DNA from: Deltaproteobacteria bacterium
GTDB taxonomy: Bacteria > Desulfobacterota > BSN033 > UBA1163
Assembly (NCBI GenBank): GCA_037444165.1
Contig: JBBIMX010000002.1
Location: forward strand, 7,825-71,824
Length of the DNA stretch: 64,000 nt
Direction of reading: 5' to 3'
In this document: positions 57,758 to 64,000 of the stretch, piece after piece
Layout: each line of letters starts with the position of its first letter
Numbering within the stretch: position 1 is the stretch's first letter
The notes under the pieces: model-generated
What the model saw: the letters and a program-made list of their open reading frames with translations, nothing else
What the model was told of the DNA's origin: nothing
Database searches by the model: none
Position numbers and translations under genes: made by a program

Positions 57758-58819
57758 CTAATTCTTCTTTTCTTTATGGACGAGCTCCTCTATCTTCTGG
57801 AGCAATTCTTCTGCTTCGAAGGGTTTTGAGAAGAAGGCATCGGCTCCGACCCTCTTTCCAACCTCTTCAATCTCCTGAGGGGTTCTTCCAGAGAGAAGGA
57901 TGATTGGAATATCCTGAGACCGAGGATCGGATTTTAACCTCTGGCACACCTGATAACCATCTATTCGGGGAAGCATAATATCCAAAAGGATCAACTCAGG
58001 CTTTTGTTGATAAGCCTTTTTTATCCCTTCCTCGCCATCCCCTGCAGTATGAACCTCATAGTGATGGGCCTCTAACCTCATCTTCAGCATATTGGAGAGG
58101 ATGGGTTGGTCTTCAACAATGAGAATTCTCCTCTTTGGTTTTAAAAGTTTTGGAAAAGTGGAAGGATCTCTGGAAAAATGTTCTCGGGCCGTATGGAGGA
58201 TTTCTTCCCAGGACTCCCGGGAAAGCTCCTCGATCGACTGAATCAGAGTATCCGCACTTTGCTTCCCGTTGGAGAGCAACTCCCTCTGCTTCTCATTCAA
58301 TTTCCCGGGAATCTCATCTAAAACCAGAGAAAGACTCTCCTTAATGATGGCCAGAGGGGTTCGAATAATATGGGAGATCATTCCTAAAAGTTCATAGGTC
58401 AGAAATTCTAATTCGTATCCCTGAAGTTCCTCTCCTCTGTGTCCAATCCCCATGGAAAGAGGGTCTCTGTTCTTCACCTTCTCTTCCTCTTTTCTCAAAA
58501 GCTCTTCTTTGATCGATTTGAGTTCCTCTTCTTTTTCGAGTAGTTTCTCCTTCAACCTTATCAGTTCATCCTCATGGATGGAAAGAGAAGGCTTCAGGAT
58601 TTGGAGGAAATGGGAAGAGGTGAGTCTCTCTCCGATCAACCTATTCAATTGCTCTATAGATTTCATGGCATGCCTCAATAGAGCAAAGCAGTTGTCACAA
58701 TTCGAACCGACCAATTTATCGAGGATGATACTTGCCCCTTCACGAATGACCATGATCTCATTTCTGAGGTCGTGTCTCACGGAAGAAAGGTAGGCCTCTA
58801 TCTTTTCATCTTCTCTCAT
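57758..58819 (-). CDS. Response-regulator protein with two N-terminal HisKA-like H-box/coiled-coil domains and no ATPase domain
   Basis: H-boxes SVRHDLRNEI and ISHIIRTPLAII separated by a Glu/Lys coiled coil; C-terminal canonical REC (ILLDIMLPRIDG); no HATPase_c. Confidence 0.7.
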   Translation of the reverse strand: MREDEKIEAYLSSVRHDLRNEIMVIREGASIILDKLVGSNCDNCFALLRHAMKSIEQLNRLIGERLTSSHFLQILKPSLSIHEDELIRLKEKLLEKEEELKSIKEELLRKEEEKVKNRDPLSMGIGHRGEELQGYELEFLTYELLGMISHIIRTPLAIIKESLSLVLDEIPGKLNEKQRELLSNGKQSADTLIQSIEELSRESWEEILHTAREHFSRDPSTFPKLLKPKRRILIVEDQPILSNMLKMRLEAHHYEVHTAGDGEEGIKKAYQQKPELILLDIMLPRIDGYQVCQRLKSDPRSQDIPIILLSGRTPQEIEEVGKRVGADAFFSKPFEAEELLQKIEELVHKEKKN

Positions 58820-60159
58820 TCTAAGGAACCTCCCTTTGGAATTTGAGTCAGCGCCTCTTTACAAGTCTTTAAAAGAACCCCCACCGTAATCTCTTCACAA
58901 AATTCGACCTTTTCCTCCTTCGGCCTTTTTTCCAAAAGCCGAAGGGCATTTCTTAACATCCGAGAGGCCTCCCTTCTTCTTTCCTTCCGAAGGTAGAGCA
59001 TTCCAAGATGGAAATAGACAATGGGAGCACGGGGCGAAAGATAAAGAACTTTTTGAAATTGACCTTCGGCCTCATCCAAACGGTTAGAACTTAGAAACAG
59101 GATTCCTAAAAGATGGTGGGCCTCTGCGGCCGTTGGATCCTCTTGAACCATCTTCTTCAGAAGATCGGCCGCCTCCTGATAGTGTCCTTCATTCGCCAGT
59201 TGAGAGGCAAGGGAAAGGGTGGAACGGACCCCGGGATGAGGAGATGGAGCTTTCCTCTCCGAAGCTTCTCCGGCTTTCGGAGAAAGGTCCTCTGGGGCTT
59301 TGCCGGGGACCCTTTTTCGATAGATAAAGGTCTGGGGAAAGACCAGGGTCTCGAATTGGTGATCCATTTGCCAAAGGATTTCGGCGTGACCGAGAAAAAG
59401 ATATCCCTCGGGTTCAAGACAATGATAAAAGCCTTCAAGAATCCTCCTCGCACTTCGCTCATCGAGATAGATCAAGACATTACGACAAAAGAGAAGATCA
59501 AGATTCTGCATCCTCTCGTCCGTGAAAGGATCTTTTGACAAATTATGAGTTTCAAATTGAACCATCTCTTTTATCTCCGGATTTAGACTGAAGCCAGACC
59601 CTTCGCTTTTGAAATATTTTTTTAAGTAGGGCTGAGGTAGAAAAGCCAGATGTTTCTCCTCATAAATTCCTCTTTTTGCTACCGCTAATCCCTTCCGATT
59701 GATATCTGTCCCTAAAATGGAAAGACGCCACTGAGAAGGAGAAGGAAGGATTTCCCGGAGGGCGATGGCAAGACTATAGGCCTCATCTCCGGTGGCACAG
59801 CCGGCAGACCAACAACGAATCTCCTTTTCCCGAGACCTCTCCTTTCGACGAACTATCTCGGGTAAAATCGATCCCATCAGAAGATCGAATTGGGCCTTAT
59901 TTCTAAAGAAATGGGTCTCCTTCACAGTAATGAGATCGATCAGTTCTCTGAACTCCGAGGCCCCTTCGGGATGGTATTTAATAAAATGATAATATTCCTG
60001 GGGGGATTGGAATCCCCTTTCCTTCAATCGGATAAAGAAAGCAGGCAAGAAGAATGGGTTTCGTCCCTGATCCAATCGAATCCCACAGACCTCTAAAAAG
60101 AGACTTTCAAAAAGATTGAGATCTTCCTTGGACAAAGATAATGGTGTGGTCATTTTCAT
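58816..60159 (-). CDS. cheR: CheR-type chemotaxis methyltransferase fused to C-terminal TPR repeats
   Basis: CheR N-terminal and SAM-MTase domains (WSAGCATGDEAYSLA); C-terminal 120 aa TPR-like. Confidence 0.8.
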   Translation of the reverse strand: MKMTTPLSLSKEDLNLFESLFLEVCGIRLDQGRNPFFLPAFFIRLKERGFQSPQEYYHFIKYHPEGASEFRELIDLITVKETHFFRNKAQFDLLMGSILPEIVRRKERSREKEIRCWSAGCATGDEAYSLAIALREILPSPSQWRLSILGTDINRKGLAVAKRGIYEEKHLAFLPQPYLKKYFKSEGSGFSLNPEIKEMVQFETHNLSKDPFTDERMQNLDLLFCRNVLIYLDERSARRILEGFYHCLEPEGYLFLGHAEILWQMDHQFETLVFPQTFIYRKRVPGKAPEDLSPKAGEASERKAPSPHPGVRSTLSLASQLANEGHYQEAADLLKKMVQEDPTAAEAHHLLGILFLSSNRLDEAEGQFQKVLYLSPRAPIVYFHLGMLYLRKERRREASRMLRNALRLLEKRPKEEKVEFCEEITVGVLLKTCKEALTQIPKGGSLE

Positions 60160-60164
60160 CCTAC

Positions 60165-60662
60165 TTAAATCGAATGATCCTCACTCGGGGTCAAAATCCT
60201 TTCGGGATTGAGTAAAGGGATCATTCGCCCCCCGATCTGAGCGATTTCCGAGACGAGTTCCTTCCCACTGAGTGTAGAGAGGACCCCCGGAACGGGGAGA
60301 ATCTTTTCCTGAGGAAGAGAGAGGATCTCTCCCAGTTCTTCCACCAGTAAACCAAAAACTCTTCTCTTGATTTGACAGACGATCATCTTGCGATCAGGGT
60401 CTTCTGATTCTTTTAAATTCAGTCTCCTCCTTAAACTCAGGAGGGCAATGAGGTGCCCTCTCAGATCCGTAACCCCCTCCATCCATTCCGGAGTGTGGGG
60501 TATAGACCTGACCTCTTTCACCTTTACGACCTCTCGGATATAAGAAAGATCCAGTGCGTACTCCTCTTTTGAAATTCGAAAGATTAAAAATTTCCTCTCG
60601 CCTTCCTTTTCATAACAAAATCCATTCGCTTCGGAATTATTTTTCCCTTTCCTTCCTATCAT
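60165..60662 (-). CDS. cheW: CheW-like coupling protein
   Basis: 165 aa CheW-domain sequence. Confidence 0.75.
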   Translation of the reverse strand: MIGRKGKNNSEANGFCYEKEGERKFLIFRISKEEYALDLSYIREVVKVKEVRSIPHTPEWMEGVTDLRGHLIALLSLRRRLNLKESEDPDRKMIVCQIKRRVFGLLVEELGEILSLPQEKILPVPGVLSTLSGKELVSEIAQIGGRMIPLLNPERILTPSEDHSI

Positions 60663-60670
60663 GATTTCGT

Positions 60671-61723
60671 TTAATGGATGAGGGAGAGAAGCTCCTCTGC
60701 AATTTTTTCCAGAGAAAGGACTTGATCCACAGCCCCTGTTTCAATGGCCGCATGGGGCATTCCGAATACCACACAACTCTTCTCATCCTGAGCAATCGTC
60801 TTCCCTCCGAGCTGTTTGATGGCTTTAATTCCCAGGACTCCGTCCTTTCCCATTCCCGTCAAGATGATCCCAATGCTTCCTTTTCCATACATCCTGGCTA
60901 CCGACTCCAGCAATATATCGCCCGATGGCCTGTGTCCGTTCGTTGGAGGTTCATCGGACAGACTGATCCTTCCTCCCTCCACCACTCTCATCTGAAAATG
61001 GTCGGGGGCAATATAGGCCACTCCAGCTTGGATGATCTCTTGATCTTCGCCAACCTTTATCCTGATCTTACATTCCTTGTTTAGCCAATCCACCATCCCC
61101 GGCAGAAAACCACTGGCTATGTGCTGGACAATCACGATCCCGCAGGGAAAATTTTCAGGAAGAGGTTTCAGGATTTTTAATAAAGCCTGAGGCCCTCCGG
61201 TTGAGGCGACGATAGCCACCATTCTATGGGAGGCTCCTCCTTTTGTTTTTTTAGGCAGGATCTCCCTTTTCTCTTCTCGAAATTTGAGAAGAGTTCGATC
61301 CAGAGGTTTTACCCGAGTCAGGCTTTTTATCTTCTCAATGAGCTCCTCCCCTGATCTTCCTTCTCCTTTTGAAATCAAATCCCTCTTGTCCATCACATCC
61401 AGGGCCCCCCAGGAAATCGCTCGAAATACCTTCTCCATCCCTGTCTTAAAGACCGAAGAGGAGACAATGAGAATGGGTATCGGATACCGGGTCATCACTT
61501 GCCGGGTGACCTCCACCCCATCGATCACAGGTAAGTCCATATCGAGGGTCATGATATCGGGTTTAAGATGGGGAAGAAAATCCAATGCCTCTTTTCCATC
61601 CCTGGCCACCCCAACGACCAAAATGTGTGGATCATTGTTGAGAAGGGTCACAAGGATTTTACACATCAGAGGGGAATCTTCGACGACGAATACTCGGGTT
61701 ATCTTTGGTTCTAAAGAGTCCAT
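60671..61723 (-). CDS. cheB: Chemotaxis response regulator protein-glutamate methylesterase (REC plus CheB methylesterase)
   Basis: N-terminal receiver (VFVVEDSPLMCKIL, LDMDLP) and C-terminal CheB catalytic domain (GASTGGP, HIASGF). Confidence 0.85.
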   Translation of the reverse strand: MDSLEPKITRVFVVEDSPLMCKILVTLLNNDPHILVVGVARDGKEALDFLPHLKPDIMTLDMDLPVIDGVEVTRQVMTRYPIPILIVSSSVFKTGMEKVFRAISWGALDVMDKRDLISKGEGRSGEELIEKIKSLTRVKPLDRTLLKFREEKREILPKKTKGGASHRMVAIVASTGGPQALLKILKPLPENFPCGIVIVQHIASGFLPGMVDWLNKECKIRIKVGEDQEIIQAGVAYIAPDHFQMRVVEGGRISLSDEPPTNGHRPSGDILLESVARMYGKGSIGIILTGMGKDGVLGIKAIKQLGGKTIAQDEKSCVVFGMPHAAIETGAVDQVLSLEKIAEELLSLIH

Positions 61724-61725
61724 TT

Positions 61726-63933
61726 TTATCCTATCAATCGGTCGATCGTCTCCAGCAAATGGGTTTGATCAAAAGCCCCTTTCACAAGATAGGCCGAAGC
61801 CCCCACCTCCATCCCTCTTTTCCTGTCCTCCTCTCGTTGAAAGGAGGTGAGGATGACAAAAGGAATATCTTTATGGACCTCACTTTTTTTGAGCGTCTGA
61901 CAGAGTTCAAATCCATCCATTCTTGGCATCTCGATATCGCTCAGGATGAGGTCATAGGAGTTTCGGGTAATCTGATTCAAAGCATCTAATCCATCCACGG
62001 CTGTATCGACCAAGTATCCATGATTTTCAAGGATACTCCTTTCCAGTTCTCGGGTAGAAAAAACATCCTCGACCACCAGGATCCTCCCCTTTCTTTGAGT
62101 GGATTCAGGAGAGGGAATTGTCTTTGGGAGATAGGAGACCGGATAGGATCGATAGGCCAAGAGGTCTTCTACATCCAATACGAACACCACTTCTCCATCT
62201 AACATCAACACCCCCCCGCTGATAAATTTTGCCTTTCCTAAATGTCTCCCGAGGTTCTTTATGAATACCTCTTCATCCCCAAGCACCTCATCCACTATAA
62301 GACCCGCCTCTCTTTTAAAGTTGGTCACGACCACGACCCAAAGCCTCTTTTCTTTTCCTTTGGAGTCTTCTCGAATCTCTTTGATTCCCAATAGGTTCCT
62401 TAAATCTAATAGAGGAAGGAGACGGCCTTCGAAGGAAAAGGACATTCTCCCATCGAGGGTTGAAATAGCCTCTTGCCCCATTCGGATAACTTTTATAAGG
62501 GATGGCAGAGGGATAAAGAAACGCCTCTCCCCCACTCGGACCAGAAGGGCTCGAAGAAGAGCGATCGATAAGGGTAGAGAAAGGGTGAATCGAGTTCCTT
62601 GACCTTTCTGAGTTTCTATGGCCACCCTACCGCTCAACTGACTTATTTCTTTCATGACAATATCAAGCCCCATCCCTCTTCCAGAAAGCTCCGTAACGCC
62701 TGAGCTCGAGGAGTAACCGGGGGTGAAAACCAGATTCAATATCTCTCTTTCTGTCATCCTTAAAAGTTCCTCTTCCCTGAGAAGCCCTTTTTTTAAGGCA
62801 TTCGCTTTGACCTCCTCCAGATCGATCCCCTTCCCATCATCTTCTATGGATAGGACAACTCGATCCCTCTCATTTCGGGCCGAAATTTTAATGGTTCCCT
62901 CCCTTGGTTTTCCCATGACTTCTCTTTTCTGGGGCTCCTCAATCCCATGATCAATGGCGTTGCGTAAAAGATGGATCAAGGAACTTTTGATCCTCTCGAT
63001 GACCTTTTTATCCAATTCGGTCTCCTCCCCTGAAACGAGCAGACGGATCTCCTTCCCCAGTTGGGAAGCCATGTCTCGGACCATTCGGGGGAAACCTTCA
63101 AAGATCGTTGAGAGAGGGATCATCTTAAGCTCCCTGGCCTTAGTTTGTAATTGGTCAATAATGGGATCAAGGTGAAAGGTTTCGGAAGAAATCTGTTCAT
63201 ACAATCTTTGGAACTCCTCTCTCAGTCTCTCCAACTGAGCTTCCCATTGGCTGAGGAACGAAATCCAATCCCTTGATGAAGCGAGACGATCTTCTTTCAT
63301 TGCCTCTTTAAATTTCGAGATCCTTCTCTGAACCTCTTTCATCGACCTTAAAATCCTCTTCATTTGAGAGACCCGGGCCGAAGATTTCATCCTTTGGATA
63401 ACCACCTCCCCGATTAAATAAAGGAGCCTATCCAATCGACTTAAGGAAACCTTTAAAAACGCTTCACTCGGTTCCAAAGAGGATGAACCTTCTCTTTGAG
63501 TGAGGGGAAGGGTTTCCGGCTTGTATGGACCCCGTTCTTTATCCACCTTGTTTCTTGAGAGGCATGACTCTAAACCTTCCTTGACCTCTGAAATGTCTAT
63601 GGGGGGGCTATCTCTGTCGAGGATTCTCTCTAAAAGGATTCGAAGGGTATCAATCCCTCTGAGCATTTGCTCCATCGAATAGGAATCGAAAAAGATCTTT
63701 CCAGAGGAAATGGCCTCCAGGACATCTTCCATCCGATGGGTCAGGTCTTGGATATCAGTAAACCCGAAAACCCGAGCAGCCCCTTTGAGGGTGTGGACCT
63801 CCCGGATAAGGCGGCGGAGAAGCTCTTTATCCCCGGACCTTCTTTCTAATTCGATCAGCCCGTTTTCGAGTTGGGTAAGATGTTCTTCGCTTTCGATCTT
63901 GAAAATAGTGAGGAGATCTTTTAACTCGGACAT
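61726..63933 (-). CDS. cheA: CheA-type histidine kinase with C-terminal receiver (CheA-REC hybrid)
   Basis: Hpt domain (HTLKGAARVFG), dimerisation and HATPase_c (NAIDHGIE, GRGMGLD), CheW-like P5 domain, C-terminal REC (ILVVEDV...LILSDIEMPRMDG). Confidence 0.85.
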   Translation of the reverse strand: MSELKDLLTIFKIESEEHLTQLENGLIELERRSGDKELLRRLIREVHTLKGAARVFGFTDIQDLTHRMEDVLEAISSGKIFFDSYSMEQMLRGIDTLRILLERILDRDSPPIDISEVKEGLESCLSRNKVDKERGPYKPETLPLTQREGSSSLEPSEAFLKVSLSRLDRLLYLIGEVVIQRMKSSARVSQMKRILRSMKEVQRRISKFKEAMKEDRLASSRDWISFLSQWEAQLERLREEFQRLYEQISSETFHLDPIIDQLQTKARELKMIPLSTIFEGFPRMVRDMASQLGKEIRLLVSGEETELDKKVIERIKSSLIHLLRNAIDHGIEEPQKREVMGKPREGTIKISARNERDRVVLSIEDDGKGIDLEEVKANALKKGLLREEELLRMTEREILNLVFTPGYSSSSGVTELSGRGMGLDIVMKEISQLSGRVAIETQKGQGTRFTLSLPLSIALLRALLVRVGERRFFIPLPSLIKVIRMGQEAISTLDGRMSFSFEGRLLPLLDLRNLLGIKEIREDSKGKEKRLWVVVVTNFKREAGLIVDEVLGDEEVFIKNLGRHLGKAKFISGGVLMLDGEVVFVLDVEDLLAYRSYPVSYLPKTIPSPESTQRKGRILVVEDVFSTRELERSILENHGYLVDTAVDGLDALNQITRNSYDLILSDIEMPRMDGFELCQTLKKSEVHKDIPFVILTSFQREEDRKRGMEVGASAYLVKGAFDQTHLLETIDRLIG

Positions 63934-64000
63934 ACCCTCGATCTCTTTTTAGTCTCTCCTTTCTGTCGAAGGACTTTCTGTAATGGCCTTCTTTAACTCC

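Noticed and set aside
58452-58793. Low-complexity Ser/Phe-rich plus-strand ORF and apparent short tandem repeats
   Set aside because: This is the antisense of the Glu/Lys coiled-coil linker of the HisKA-REC protein, not a CRISPR array or tandem repeat array

Overview
This 64-kb window reads as chromosomal DNA of an anaerobic bacterium, probably acetogenic or sulfate-reducing type, with about 47% GC. The main content, in coordinate order, is:

- **ABC transporter operon (1..5934, minus strand).** A partial HAD hydrolase precedes an Fbp/Thi-type ABC transporter operon. That operon carries a metallophosphoesterase gene whose 369-codon frame is interrupted by a single in-frame TGA.
- **Molybdopterin/tungstopterin operon (6129..12695, plus strand).** This comprises moeA, a moeA fused to a periplasmic-binding-protein-like domain, moaA, moaC, a MOSC protein and an opine-dehydrogenase-like protein. 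A sigma70 promoter and a candidate Moco-type riboswitch with terminator/antiterminator precede it.
- **Wood-Ljungdahl cluster (12997..31535, plus strand).** It holds fhs, folD, a NuoG-N-terminal-like Fe-S protein, acsE and an archaeal-type five-subunit CODH/ACS (cdhD, cdhA, cdhB, cdhC, cdhE). After these come a NuoE/NuoF-like flavoprotein pair, two cooC maturases, a DUF3786 protein, a MetE/URO-D-like protein and a tungsten aldehyde:ferredoxin oxidoreductase.
- **Heme sensor kinase (31695..33272).** A sensor histidine kinase whose periplasmic domain carries two CxxCH heme-c motifs.
- **Mixed metabolic genes (33406..51409).** These include an Fe-S aldo/keto reductase with a Tat signal, an HDAC-like protein, queF, an ArsC/LMW-PTP protein and an ADH. 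Also present are a B12-binding radical SAM protein, an ADP-forming acetyl-CoA synthetase, an RNase-J-like beta-CASP nuclease, a LOG-family protein and a thiolase-DUF35 fusion.
- **Non-coding signals.** There are two copies of a roughly 115-nt hairpin-containing intergenic repeat, and two strong sigma54 promoters.
- **Decayed operon (51406..52790).** Fragments of all four subunits of a Psr/Phs-type molybdopterin oxidoreductase operon remain.
- **Signalling cluster (52824..63933).** A sigma54/NtrC-type two-component module sits next to a chemosensory-like cluster with a CheA-REC hybrid, CheB, CheW, CheR-TPR and a kinase-less tandem-HisKA receiver protein.

No CRISPR arrays, rRNA/tRNA genes or obvious mobile elements were seen.
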